DNA of 64,000 nt, filler included, from Reticulomyxa filosa (GCA_000512085.1; 25 parts of 25 records of this genome joined end to end with filler, not necessarily neighbours in it); one strand, 5' to 3'; positions 33,073 to 46,702 are shown, counted from the whole stretch's first letter. A program made the numbers and translations. The notes: generated from the letters alone by a model not told the origin.

Positions 33073-35256
33073 AAACCGGAAAAGTTGTGGATGAATGGCA
33101 AATGGGTGAAAATAAAACCTGTGAGTCATGAAGAGATGGAAAAGCAGATGAAGGAAGAAGATGCATGGCGAGGTCCTCCTCTTTACAGTGAGGACCGGGC
33201 ACATTTGGAAGGTCCATTGGTATTCGAACTCAATCCACTGTATTCCAAGTTCGTCCAACGTATTCAAAAAATCAAAGTGGTGATACGTGAATACTGTGCG
33301 AAGCACGACATTTCAATTTGCAAATCGGTGTTAGCATTGCTATGTGACTACACGTTTGCCAAAACCTCACGACCTTGTTGTCCCTTAGAAATTCGACGTG
33401 ATCTGACAGTGTATTTGGACAACACGAGTGCGCCGACTGTTTCAGAGAGCAAACAAACAGAACGGCAAAAAGGAGAAATGGACGATGGCAATAACAATAG
33501 CAAACGTATACCCAAACTCGTCATAAAATACTATTCTCCAATAACGTGCCAAGTGATCGGAGTAATTGGCGTCCCTTTGCCAGAGGAGACGATCCGCCAG
33601 GTTATGAACATCCGATACGAGCAAAAGAGCACAAAATCATCCACGCAAATGGAAGATATGGGCTCGTTTGGGAAAGCTGCAGATAGAAAGAATCATAACA
33701 CAATGAGTGAAAGTGACATCAGTTTCATGAGCTTGAATATGCGGACCTTTATGTCGTTGTCAGATTTGGACGACCTCGAATTGTACAAGGTGGGCCGGGT
33801 GTCCTTGGTGCCTACTACTATTATGGCTTATCTGTCCAGTCAAAGTGTTTTAACTGCATTGATTCTAGACAAACAGGTCCCAAAGGGGAGCAGGGTGAAA
33901 AACGTTTTTTTGACTCCTTTAGCATACAAGGAAAATTGCTCTTCCCATCAATGTAACATTTACAAACAAAGAAAGACAACAACAACAACAAAAATAAATA
34001 AATAAAAAAAGAGGTCGAGAGATGTAATTTGCGGTGTGATACGTACACGCATGGTGTGGAGAAACAAAAAAGAATGCTATTACAAGAAGTGGGAGTACTT
34101 TCCGGTGAGCAGCTCAGCGTTATCAAACGCAAATGAGATAAGATTGGATGTGGACTGGTTTGCAGGTTATGTAAATGATTCCTCATTATTTGTTGTTGGA
34201 GATCAGTACAAAGGTTTTTACTATTTAAATGAGACTCGCCGATGCTTGGAGCCATTGAAATTTGATATCGCAAATCTTTGCAAAATGATTACTGGTTCCA
34301 CGACGCTGAGTTCATTACTGTCAGTATCTCAGGAACAGCAACACTTCAAATGGTTTTTTTTGTCTCAGATGGATGATTTGCTCCCTTCAGAAAAGGATAC
34401 TACTTCCAATAAGGTAAGCACAAATATACATATACTTTATGTGTGTATATGGTACGTACACAGTATTGTTTATGTTATTGGTTTTTCATGATTTTATCTC
34501 ACCTTTTATTTTTATTTTTTTTTAAATAAAAAAAAAAAAAAAAAGCCCATGGTTTTGCTGAGTTACATTGGTGAAAGTTTGAGAGTCCCGTTTTATTTGA
34601 ACATGTCAAACGATAGTCATCCACTTGTACTAAAATCACACGATGAAGCGGTAATGGACTTATTGTCTCGGTGCAAGATGGGTGGCGTGAGTGTTGACTT
34701 TGCGATGAAACGTATACTTGTGATAGGTTATTCCTTTTCATTGGTGACAGTCTTGAAAGAAAAACAAAAGCATTTGAAATTATTTGCATTTTATGTTTCG
34801 TACAGTGGTCAGATCATGTACTGGAAAGAAATTTGGGTATACAAATGCATATTGCTAACCACAGTAATGGCCTCAAATCACTATCGAAAAAATACCATTT
34901 CGCAGATTTCAGTGCTCAAGTCCGATAATTGCTGGTATTTACATTTCGGCCTATGTAATGACAGCAATCAGTTTTTGATCTATAATAACACTATATCGAT
35001 ACAATTAAACTGTTCTGACTTGAGTATCATGACGCTGGCTTTGAATGAAAGCGAAATTTGTAGTGTTGTCGACTGTAACATTGCAGACCATTCCATTGAG
35101 CTCGGTTGTGATAATAATGATCCCTTACATCACAAAAATACCTTCTACTTGCAAGATATGTGCCATCAAAGTCCATTTTATACTTTTTTTCATAAAATAA
35201 ATATTTTCTATCACTTTTATCTTTTTTTTTTTTGTTGTTGGGGTGATTTGTTTTGA
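33073..35256 (+). CDS. Multi-exon hypothetical protein
   Basis: Three long same-strand ORFs (33085-34005, 34036-34491, 34549-35256) separated by intron-like A/T tracts. Confidence 0.55.
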
Positions 35257-35960
35257 TGTTTTTTTTTGTTTTGAATGTATAGCCACTCAACAAATAACAA
35301 TCAAAAAGAATTGTATTTGATTTGTTTTTGTTGTCAAGTTTTAAATGTGCATGTATTCTCATTTCTTTTTTTCGATTTTTTGAAGTTGTGTTTTTTTCCC
35401 TTTGCTGTTTTCACAGGCATTCCTTGTTTTAAAATGCACAGATTCCCAAAAACTTAGTTGTGTTTCTTTATCTTTTTTTGAACTTTTTCGTATCGGATGT
35501 TAACTAAGTTTTTGTTTACTGTTTCGTTTTTTTATTTTGTTTTTCTAAGTGTTGCAACCGTGTAACGTTGAAACTTAATGGTTTACTTCAACAAATTTGT
35601 GTTTTACAATCGTGTTGCTTTTCCAAAAAATGATTAATAAAGCACGTTCTTGGCCAAACAGAAAAACTATTAATAATTTATCTAGCAAAGGACAAGGATT
35701 CGGTTTATTAAATTTTGTTATTGTCTTTGAAATTTATGTTGAATAGTTTTTCATTTGTCTTTACTGAATTAAAAAAATATTGCACAAATTATTACACAAT
35801 ACTTTTTAATGCTCTTCTAAAAATGACAGCTGGGCACGAAGCCAATCAAAGAACTTTTAAAAAAGTTTCGAAAATTGCATAAAGGAATACAATGTACTTC
35901 TTGAAATGTCTGCAACCGACCACAAAAAAAAAATTCTTCTAAAATGGACCTCTATAAACA

Positions 35961-36040
35961 TGTAGACAAGTTCCTACTATAGATGGCGAAACCCTAAAGG
36001 ACTGGAGAGCCTTCAGTGGGCTAAATCCTCAACAAACAAT
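35961..36040 (+). repeat. Repeat family B, 5' partial copy
   Basis: TGTAGACAAGTTCCTACTATA...GAGCCTTCAGTGGGCTAAATCCTCAACAAAC matches the 5' half of 46703-46898. Confidence 0.65.
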
Positions 36041-36224
36041 GCTTCTTCAAGATGATCAACTTTTCCAAAAGTATCAATGAAGATTTATGTGTTTAGAATT
36101 TTTTCGCTTTTTGTATCTGTTTCAAATTTTTATTGTACAAAACGAAACAGTTTCCACTTTCAACAACAGTTTTAAGAAAGTTCAAAATCACTAGAAAATC
36201 CTTTTTTATTTGAGCGTGAGCGTA

Positions 36225-37474
36225 ATGGGCAACAGATGTTGTCATTGTATCAATTCTACTCAAGAAAAAAAGGCAGATATAGGTGGCTATTACTTCACTG
36301 ATCCCTGGGATTTTCCATTATCAACATATCAGTCTATACCACTGCAACGAGTGGACTTTGAGTTAAGTCCGAATAAGGGCGAAAAATCGAAGCGCTGCTA
36401 TTTGATATTTGATCCACAGTTTCACGTGGAAGAGTCAAAGAAGCGAGCATATAGTGCATGTGTATTCTTCTTTCATGGGACAAATGAGACGTGCTACGAC
36501 ACAGACTTAATTCAAGCAACAGACGATAACTCAGAGCCGTACGCATGGTATGACCTGTCATTACAAAAAAATGTCCTTTTGGTTATTTGCCAATCAAAAT
36601 TTGCGCGCCATAGCGAATGTGAGATAGACACAAATACAAAAGATGTGGAGGCAAAAGAATTGGAGGCAAAAGAATTGGAGTCACATCTGACAACTATGAA
36701 AACACGAGCCCATCTGTATGAAGTCCGTGAAAAAGATGGATACAAATGTGTGTGGTTGCCAGGAGAGGAAGATATAGCGTATGTGAAAGAAGTAAAGTCA
36801 CAAATTCAGTCCAAGTATGTCGTTGGAGATTCACAAAGCGTGGATACGAACAACAACTTACATTTGTTTTACGCACTGGGATATTCCAATGGAGGCATGT
36901 TTGTGTGTGAGCTATGTTTGAGACATCGAAGCCAGCCACTGTTTGGAGTATACGTCAGTTATGTGGGTGGAGTCCCTATGGACATTTGTGAAGAAATGAT
37001 GGCCCCTTTAAATCAATCAGACGTAAGTTCCACTCTGCAGAACACATTAACAGAATTTCAAGATGAAATGAACAAAAAAAAGCCACAAATTCCACTGTCC
37101 ATTATTGTGGCGAGTATCAATTGTATTACCTCCACTGGCTGTTTGATGGCAGCGATGATAATAAGAATAATAATAATGATGATAACAGTGGTAATAACGA
37201 TGATGACAACAAGGACGCAAAGAAAACAAACATCAATTCGAACACTAAATTTGTCCTTATCACCGGAACTGCAGACGAAAACAGATCACCAACATATCGA
37301 GCCTTGGCCTTGTGCATTCGACTCCAACTCAAGCATTTGGATGTCCGATTTGAAGACCTTAAGAATCGCAAGCACTATTACTCCGCGGATATGACTAAAC
37401 ACATTTGGGACTGTTGCCAGCACTTTGAAGAATTTCGAGATATCCCAGAAACTGATTTATTCACGTACAAATGA
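36225..37474 (+). CDS. Alpha/beta-hydrolase esterase (LpqC / PHB-depolymerase-like), intronless, one homopolymer frameshift
   Basis: FFFHGT, DIAYV, nucleophile elbow GYSNGG; after a shift near the A-run 37074-37081: ITGTADE and a C-terminal His (RKHYY). Confidence 0.75.
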
Positions 37475-37615
37475 GTTTGTCTTGTTAAATGTGCTTTTTT
37501 TGGAATGGATTTTATTTGAGACTTTTTGGTACACTTAATAAAGTTTATATTCACAAAAAGGATATCTATCTGTGCATATCAAGTAGCTTTTGTACGGACA
37601 GTGAGTGAGACTAAG

Positions 37616-37814
37616 TGTAATACGAAAGAGACTCAGTTATAAAAACAAGTTCCAGTAAAAAGAGAGTAAATTAATAACAATAATATTGCAGCAAGACAAA
37701 AAAAAAGAGTAAAACAAGAGAGAAAATGGATTGTGTTTGTGAAGAGAGTTTAGGTCACTGAGGGCTCCAAGTTTCTCTTGGAACTTTGCCATTCATATAG
37801 GGACTTACGCTACA
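37616..37814 (-). repeat. Repeat family B, copy 2
   Basis: Reverse complement TGTAGCGTAAGTCCCTATA...GAGCCCTCAGTGACCTAAAC...TTAATTTACT...TTCGTATTACA. Confidence 0.75.
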
Positions 37815-38144
37815 CTTTTGTTGCTTTATTCGTCTGGTTAATTTAAGACATGAACAATTTGTTGTAAAAATATCATCCATTGCTGTCCGTCAACAGAATT
37901 CTGGACAATGCAAGACGGTGCTTACTCCGATTCACTAACGTCAGCTTCATATGTGCAAAGAAACAGAGTCTCCAACATAATCAAATTTAAAAAATAAAAA
38001 AATCAACAATGATTAATAATAATATAATAGTAATAGCAATAATAATAGTAAAAAAAAAACAACAACTGAAATTGCTTTTTAATATCATGTCTGATGGTGT
38101 TTGTTTTTGGAAGTTAAACGTTTGATTAAACTTAGTGAAAAAAG

Positions 38145-38855
38145 TTACTTAGAAACATCAAACAATCCGACGGAGTACAAAAAGTAAGAGCAAGCAGGAA
38201 CAACAAACAAAATAACGATCATAGTGGGTCCCCAGGGATCGTGAAACTCAAAATTGAAATTTTTCGAGTCAAGCATTTTCAGGCGACGGAAGTACATCTG
38301 TATTATTTGTTATTTAAAAAATATAAGTTATTTGTGTCAATCCCAAACAAACAAATAAACAAAAATAAATAAATAAACAAAAGGATTAAGGGAGAAAACT
38401 CAACAAAATAAGCCCGAAATAAGACAATCAAAGAAGCTGCGGTGAGGAGAACACCAGTAACAGGTTCATGCTGGAAACCTAGCAAAGCCATTCCAACAAA
38501 TAACGCCAAGAAGCACATTCGTACCCACTTCAACAAAGTGCGTTCATTGGACATGTATTCACGCGGTTCGATTTGTTGCGTGCGCGTAGCCGACTTTTCC
38601 GCAACAATTTCCTGCTGTGGTATTTTTTCCACTTCGGCCCAGTCCTTCCCTTTCGACGCCAATTCAATTTCCAGCACCGTTTTGATCGCGGCCACCCACG
38701 AAGGCACTCGTCGAATGGATACATGCAAGTTCACCATCGCCGCGCCAGTGCAAAACTTTGAAAAGCGTTCCACTTCGATTATCAGTCCTGCTTGTTGCAT
38801 GTCTAATATCCAATCGGGCAGAGTTAGTTCTTTCATTTCCTCTTCCGAGTTGAAT
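38145..38855 (-). CDS. Vacuolar transporter chaperone (VTC) subunit, end of VTC domain plus DUF202 membrane domain
   Basis: PDWI...EVERFSKFCTG...VPSW, IEPREYMSNERTLLKW, three TM helices, HDPWGP. Confidence 0.85.
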
Positions 38856-39099
38856 CTTTTTTTTTTTAAAAAAAAAGGGGGGTGGAAGGAGAGGAAAAAA
38901 AAAGAGTCGAAACGAGGGATGTAAAAAAAAAAAATTAATTGTTAAAACTCCTCCTCCCTTCCCCCCCCCNNNNNNNNNNNNNNNNNNNNNNNNNNNNNNN
39001 NNNNNNNNNNNNNTTAATTAATTAANNNNNNNNNNNNNNNNNNNNNNNNNNNNNNNNNNNNNNNNNNNNATATATATATATATTTGTGTGCATATATGT

Positions 39100-40283
39100 A
39101 ACCGATTGAATCATGGATTTAATGTAATCTTGGACGTCATGACTTAATTCTTGCCACAAACAGTGACTGGAAAATCCCAATAATTCCAAAATCGGCACAC
39201 ATTCAAACTTTTTTTCATATAATTTTACATCAACCTCATTGTCACTGTCCTGACTCAGCACAATATTTGTGACAAACTCTGGTCTTTTGAACTTGAGTCC
39301 AAATCTCATCACGAGGTTTATCCGTGGGTCTCTTGGCAGTTCGATTTGGGAATCTATCATCATTGCCGATTCCAGGTTTGTTTCAGTGTTTTTATCTGTG
39401 TGTGCATCTTGCATTAGCCCATGTACAAGTGCTTCCATTTCCATTTGCACAGTCGTGCGTTTGCTCTTTCCCACGCCCATTGCCCAATTGGATTCCGACC
39501 ACGTTCTAGTGTTTGTTTGTGAGTGGATACATTTGTAAGATAGGTCTCAAGTCGCCATATATTTTGCGTTTATTCTCGACAAATCCAAAAAAAAAAAAAA
39601 ACGTGAACTAAAATAGGGAAAAAAAGTGCACAGAACGACCTTGATCCAAAATTAGATGTATTGACTGTGTCAATGTGTACTAGCGCTTGTTGTTTTTGCC
39701 AAAATCGAGAAGCCCACTCTTGGCCACTTTGAGAGAAGATACGTTGCGACCTGGTTTTGCATAAATTCGACTTTTTTTTTTGTTTCTTTTGTAAAAAGAA
39801 GAAAGAGAAGAGAGAGAGAGAGAGAGAGAGAAAAAAAAAGCAGAACATAAATCACATCTAAAAGTGTGTTTGTGTGTATACATATATAATGGAATCAAAC
39901 AAGATTTCTTTTTAGAATGGGGACAGCAAGTAAAGAAGTTGCGATATTTGTTTGGTTCAATGATGTGGAATTCGCTCCTTCGATCTTGACTCCTTTGTTG
40001 ATCGTTTCTCGATTTTGTTTATTTTTTTGTGTTTCAGCGTTTGTCACAAAAGTTCGATTAGACATTGTTAGGTTGCTGATTAAATGCTCTTCTTTCATAT
40101 ATCGTTCAAAGGCCTCTGGCAATAGTTTCCATTTGACACGAATTGAATCAATGACCCAACCGCCTTTCATCTCCAATGTTTGCAGAGTGTGTCGTCCACT
40201 GGGAGGTCTTAACACTATGCTCCTTCTCAACTGTTTTGATTGGTTGAAACGTTTTGAAACGGGATTGACTTCCTCATTCAAAC
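39100..40283 (-). CDS. Multi-exon hypothetical protein fragment
   Basis: Three same-strand exon-like blocks with GT..AG boundaries; no recognisable domain. Confidence 0.45.
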
Positions 40284-40443
40284 TGTAATATAAAAAAAAA
40301 TGTGCAAAAAAAAAAAAAAAAAAAAAAAGAAAAAAAAAANNNNNNNNNNNNNNNNNNNNNNNNNNNNNNNNNNNNNNNNNNNNTTAATTAATTAANNNNN
40401 NNNNNNNNNNNNNNNNNNNNNNNNNNNNNNNNNNNNNNNGGGG

Positions 40444-40479
<36 letters not shown>

Positions 40480-40484
<5 letters not shown>

Positions 40485-41048
40485 TCTCTCTCGTTCTGTC
40501 CGTCCTCTCACTTTTATTGTTTGTTGTAATGATTAAAAACCTATTTTGACATGTTTCATTCCAAACACTTGCAGAATGAACTCTTCGGATATATAGTCTA
40601 CTTGAAACGGTGAGTTCTCCGATGTGATCAAATGACCCTCTTTGGAGCGCCTCCTTCGCTTGGATCTGCTTCCCGTTGCGTCCTTTGGACGACGTTTTCG
40701 ACACAAACTTTGACACGACGGCACTAGGCTCAACACATAGTTGAAGAAGACGAGAAATAGGTACAACGTTATGTAGACGCTATGTACACAGAGCAGTGTG
40801 TATGATAGGTAAAACGTGTATACCAATGGCTTCGACCAGTATTGATACACCACTGCCGTTGTCATCACATAATTTAGTAACAGTAGTGCTGTTATACGGT
40901 CCCATGCCACATGGTGCGACAGTAGGTCCAAAATATGATTGCTTGGAGACGAAATTATTATTAACACACAAAGGAGTGTCACAAAGGCTCCCGACAGAAC
41001 CAACGGCTGCGTTGACGCAAGGATGACATGAACAAAAAATATATACAA
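40480..41048 (-). CDS. Hypothetical multi-pass membrane protein fragment
   Basis: Several hydrophobic stretches in ORF 40533-41048; structure uncertain. Confidence 0.4.
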
Positions 41049-43467
41049 GAAAGAGTGAAGAGAGTATAGCGGGGAATGAAAAAATATGCATATAACAAAG
41101 GCATTCCTTCCCCACCTATTGAGATTTAAACTGACAAGGATAAAAAGGGGGGGGGGAGAAGGGAGGAAGCAAAACTGTTGGAGAAAATAATCAATTTATT
41201 TTATGCAATAAAGTATGTATTTTATTACTTATGAAGACACATTTTTGATGACTGTATATCATACACTTCTCCAAATTGATAATAGATTGTTGAAAAGATT
41301 GATCTTATCCAGCAAAATACAGACACCCCCTGTCACACTTGTGTTTTCATATACTACAAATAAAGCCTCTCTGGCGTTATTTTCAATCCTTAGAAATATT
41401 TGTTGACATTGACACGACCTCACCGAAGGTTAAAAAAAAGAAATTGCGATGATAGTGAATGGTACTGCAAAAAAAGGGTTGTTGCTTTGTTTATATTTTT
41501 TTTTTTTAGAAATAATGGGCTTGACGAATTTTGTTGTATTATTTTTTTTCAAATGTGAAAAAAAGTTGTGCTAGCATATATGTCGTTTCCCTTGAGAAAG
41601 TTGTGGTCTTCATTGTTCTCCCAAGAAAAGCAAAAACTGGTGCGCTTGCAACAAGAATTACAGCCGAGCGAAAATGAAGAACAAGAAGCATTGGCTGCAG
41701 TGCACCATCAAACAATGACCTCAAAGCTAGGAAGAGACGAAAACAAACCATATATGGTTTCCCCCCATTTTGACATACGCCAAAGCAAACAACTAAAACT
41801 AAACAAAGGAAAATCGGCAAGCCAAAAAAGTTGACCACATTCACTATAAAGACAGACAAGTTTGGTCATGATAAAGGAGCAAGGAGGAGGAAAAAAAAAA
41901 AGCTTCACTAACTATGCTTTAAATATACATGTATACATTATACTTAAAAAAAAAGCTTTTCAATTCGCGTTTTTGGTATATAATAACGTATACGNNNNNN
42001 NNNNNNNNNNNNNNNNNNNNNNNNNNNNNNNNNNNNNNTTAATTAATTAANNNNNNNNNNNNNNNNNNNNNNNNNNNNNNNNNNNNNNNNNNNNTAAAAA
42101 AAAAGACAAGAATCAAAGTTGTCAAGGAACTTTCAAAGTTCGTTGTTGCAACTGGAAGAAAATTTAAATGTTTCATTTGTTCGAAACACTTTTTCACAAT
42201 CTAATTTTTTAGTCAAATTTTTAATTTGTGTTTCCGTTTGTTTGGCAAGTTGTAATTATTTTGTTTTATTTGTTCCATGACCTATTTTGGTCCAGGTACT
42301 TGAACTTGCTTTTGTTTGCGCTTTGGGTTATGGCAAGGGCCAAAATCAGTGATGAAGCAATAAGTAATCTGACACCTTCACGCCCTCCCTGTGCAAAAGC
42401 TTAATAAAAAAAAATTTCTGGATGATCTGATGTTCTTCTTGTCCAAGTTCCGAACTAATTTGAGCCCAACACGATTTATATCATAATACTTGAAACTTGT
42501 CTTGTCTTGTTTCAAATACCTTTTGATTGGAGTGAAGATCGTCGACAAAGGATATCTGTTCTCCTGTATAGACTCTGTTAATACTTGGTCTTCTTTTTCT
42601 TTTCTTCTTTTTGTTCTTGTACTTTTGGTTGACACTCAATTCAGAATATCTCACCTTTTTGTTCATCGTTCCAGTGATAAAATCATCTTCGACTTCGTTT
42701 TCCATCATTTGACAGTACTTTTCCATGTTTATATCCAAATCCATTTGTTGCAATTTCTTTGGTTGATGAATTCATCCAATTTTTAATTAATAAATTAGGA
42801 TTTGGCAATCTGTTTAATGATGTGCTTTCGACAGACGACTGCATCTTATTTTGAATATCAATCAAAAGGCAGAAGGAATCTAAGGGCCCCTTGGGACCAC
42901 GCTCAGACTCTACGAGACTTCAGCAAATGGTGACGTCATATGCTTTGAAGGTTAAATATCAATCAAATTAAAATGAAAAAAATTCAACACTATTGTTATC
43001 ACCTTGTTTTTGGAATGTATTTTGGAATTTTTTGCTTTGTAATTGCTTATCATTCACATTAATCTACTATGATCTCTGTCAAACTTAGGATATGCACAAT
43101 ATTTTTATAAAAAAAAATTATATTTATCTCCTTCATCATTAATATTAACTTTTCTTAAAAAGTTGTATTTTGAGAGAGATTGCTGTTGGAAGTGTCAAGA
43201 TACTTCGACATCTCTTAAGTTTTGAAGGGGATTTTGAAAGTAAAGTATTTCAAACGTCGTCTAATCAAGAAAGTTCCGGACCAGAAAGAAAGAAAATTCT
43301 AACTAGTAATTGGATTTTGTGATATTGTGGCTGGAGTGTATTTTTTTACCCTTTGGCAACATTTTTTNNNNNNNNNNNNNNNNNNNNNNNNNNNNNNNNN
43401 NNNNNNNNNNNTTAATTAATTAANNNNNNNNNNNNNNNNNNNNNNNNNNNNNNNNNNNNNNNNNNNN

Positions 43468-44760
43468 GATGATAAAGGAAGAGGAGGAGGAGGAGGAGGA
43501 GGAGGAGGAGGAGGAGGAGGAGGAGGAGGTGGTGTCGAATTGGTTGTCGTGTCGACAGGTTGTGGCTGTTGCTGTCGCAGTTTCAAAGGCAAAGACTCCA
43601 CGTCGTCGTCATCATCATCATCATCATCATCATTGCTGTGGAGCAGGAAATGGAGGATTAGCGAGTTTGGATGAAAATGCTCCTTGGACGACTTCAGTTG
43701 CTTCATGCTGATGGTGCGCTCAGGCTGATTGTGCAAGTACGCAAACTGGATCCGCGGAGGCTCAAATACTTGACGCTCAACCTCTTTGTTCGGATACGAT
43801 AACATAAACACCACAATCTGTGTGTCCACAAACCGTTCCTCTTGCGGACCTTCATACAGCGACGACACATGAAATCCAAAGCTTTCGTTAGTTGTCGTTT
43901 CGATTAGTACCAGTATATTCTGTCGTCCTGCACACTTTGAATTTTTTTTTTTTTTTTTTAAAAAAAAGGGATTGCTCAATAAAATAAAACCTCTTTATAT
44001 ATATACATATATACATATATGTAAATACTTTGTCGTAAAGTGCGGACAAATTGTATCCATCATCTCGCGTATTGAATAGCATTTCAAAGTCGCCAATGTG
44101 ACACTGCGGTGGCAGCCATATCCACAGCTGCAAAAAGTCGGCCTTGCTTTTTAGTATGCTCGATTGCTTGGGCCACTTCGGGTCCCACGACGGCCATCGT
44201 CTTGCCGCTTCCAACTCCTCTGTCTTTGACACATTCAACAGCGTCTCTTTATGCAGCAAGTCCAAGCGATCAAACTTGTCGCGGCTCAGATACACACCAA
44301 ACGCCAGTCGTGATAATGTGTTCGCGTCTAGCTTCTGGGACTCGCTGATCAATACTTCACGGAATTCATTCAAATTGCTAGTCATTGCAAAAAGGAGATG
44401 CATTTTAAAAAAAAAAAATATGTAACATATATGTGCAATATATATATATACATATATATACATTTTTTTTTTTAGGTTAATTTATACGTAAATAGTTAAT
44501 GTGCGTCCCATGTATGCATATATACATATATATAAATATATATATGTACATATATAACAAACAGACTTGGCTTCGAGCAACGATTGAGTAGCATTAGTAA
44601 GGAGTGCTAGTCCCACTCGAAAAAGTACTTTGTATCCTTCCACAGTGAACGTGTCAATGAGTCGCAAAAGTGTTTCTGAGTTCAGATAATTCGCGTACAT
44701 TGTTGCAAAGCCGTCTGCCAAGATTTTTTCAATCGCGATATTTTTTTGGTTTATGTGCTG
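43468..44760 (-). CDS. TBC (Rab-GAP) plus TLDc protein, TBC1D24-like fragment
   Basis: LLRLIDTFTVEGYKVLFRVGLALL (TBC end); SSIL...QLWIWLPP...LFNTRDDGYNLSALYDK/CAG...ILVLIETTTNESFGF (TLDc). Confidence 0.85.
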
Positions 44761-44875
44761 NNNNNNNNNNNNNNNNNNNNNNNNNNNNNNNNNNNNNNNN
44801 NNNNTTAATTAATTAANNNNNNNNNNNNNNNNNNNNNNNNNNNNNNNNNNNNNNNNNNNNAAAAAAAAAACAAAC

Positions 44876-45935
44876 TTCAGTTTCTCTTTTTCGAATGGGT
44901 ACAAAATAAGGATGTTTCAAAGCATCGCTGGCTTGCATACGCTGAGAGGGATCCATGATAAGCAGCTTTTGTAAAAATTCTCGCGTTTCTTTGGTTGCAG
45001 TTGGAAAGAGCTGCTGAAAGGATTGTCCTGGTTTTTCATGAAATTTGCGCTCCTTCACCCATGCCAAGCCATCCGCATGTGTGATCCACTCCAATTGTGG
45101 ACATCCCAACAGTTCAAAGTGCATTTCCAATGTTTTGTGATCTTTTATAGTATCCACAAATGCACAACCCACGACATTCAAATTCGTGGTTCATTTTTCA
45201 CAACAACAAAAAAATGTTTCATTATAAACAATGGCTCAAACTGTATATATACGTATATGAATATATTAAAGACGTAACAATTTTCACCACAGAATAACAC
45301 CTTGCGAGTAATCATTTCAGCGACAACGCAGCCAAAAGCCCACATATCAACAGAAGCATCGTATTGTTTGGGTGACAACATTACCTCCGGTGCTCGGTAA
45401 TGGCGAGTGATCACATATTCAGTTCGGTCTAATCCCTCGGTAATTTGTGCTAATCCAAAGTCAGTGATCTTAATTTTGCCTTGAGATACTAGGATATTTT
45501 CTGGTTTCTGTATACGTAGACATATATGTATACGTATATGTAAGTATAAAATAAGCTTGCGTGAATGTTTGATGTATATCAAAAAGAAAAAGGAGCAAAA
45601 CATCAGACTCAACTAAGTCTCGATGGAAAACGCCAGCAGAGTGGATAAATTTCAGTGCTTTTCCAATTTGGTAGGCAAATTCTCGGATATGGTCTTCTCC
45701 ATACGTCCCATGGGTGATTACATCTTTCAGTGTGCCATCTGCCTTTGGCATCACATAGTAGCTGTTCCATCGTTGTTGTTATCAATCGTATATGTATGTG
45801 TACACTTATTTGAATTTATTTAGTTATTGGATAAAAGAATCTGGCCCAAAAAAAATAAAAATAAAAATTACACGTCTTGAAAAGTTTGAAGTTCATCTTC
45901 ATTGGGTGGTATAACCCCAATCAGAGAAATGATCT
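44876..45935 (-). CDS. Mitogen-activated protein kinase (TEY motif), internal exons
   Basis: FIHSAGVFHRDL/KPENIL, DFGLA, TEYVITRHYRAPEVML, DMWAFGC, ALKHPYF. Confidence 0.92.
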
Positions 45936-46107
45936 ATATCGGAAGAAAAAAAAAAAATGTATACATTTATATTGAAAAAGCATGTTTGAAAGCCCTTGCA
46001 CCTACTNNNNNNNNNNNNNNNNNNNNNNNNNNNNNNNNNNNNNNNNNNNNTTAATTAATTAANNNNNNNNNNNNNNNNNNNNNNNNNNNNNNNNNNNNNN
46101 NNNNNNC

Positions 46108-46317
46108 TCCGAACGCATTTCCAGAAAATTTGATCTCATGATGACCCAACGTGCATATGTTCATTGGTACCATGGAGAAGGAATGAGTGGGGGGGAATTC
46201 ACTGAGGCCCGTGAGGATGTGGGATTTTTAGAAAAAGACTATCTTGATGTTTTGTGCGATGGGCTAACAGATGATCCTGATAATGATTATACCAATGATG
46301 ATGATAACTATTATTAA
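46108..46317 (+). CDS. Divergent alpha-tubulin (alpha2-type) C-terminal fragment
   Basis: [69 protein letters not shown]; not in the ORF track. Confidence 0.9.
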   Translation, partial: SERISRKFDLMMTQRAYVHWYHGEGMSGGEFTEAREDVGFLEKDYLDVLCDGLTDDPDNDYTNDDDNYY

Positions 46318-46702
46318 CTTTGCTAATGATATATCAAATATAACTCTTTTTTTTTTTTTTTTTGTCATACACCAAAAAAATCGACCAGTTTAATTTTATC
46401 AAAATAAAACAAAATGTTGATTTGAGGGTTTAGTGATATTTTTTTGACTACATTTTTTGCATTTAAACAAGTCATATTATTCCAATTTTCTTATGTTTAC
46501 AACGTCTCTTCATTTTATAAGGTCTTTATTTTGGAAAAGTAATATATCTTGCAGTTTTTTAATGTACAGAAAAAAACCTTAAACGACATAGTTAGTATTG
46601 AAAAAAATCGTTTTAAATTTATCACAAGCTCTGCATAATTCAAAAATTTCTCTACAGTGTAGTTCAATTTTTTTAAAAAAAATCATCACAAACAAAAAAA
46701 GG

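Noticed and set aside
37074-37081. Programmed ribosomal frameshifting at A-runs (also 26061-26069 and near 57310)
   Set aside because: These shifts sit in homopolymers and many contigs end in homopolymers, so sequencing error is the simpler explanation.
43478-43530. Poly-Glu/poly-His plus-strand ORF
   Set aside because: (GAG)n and (CAT)n microsatellites at a contig end; the coding strand here is minus.
44420-44560. Hairpins in (TA)n/(TACA)n intron tracts
   Set aside because: Self-complementarity is expected from the low-complexity composition, unlike the 8402-8548 stem.
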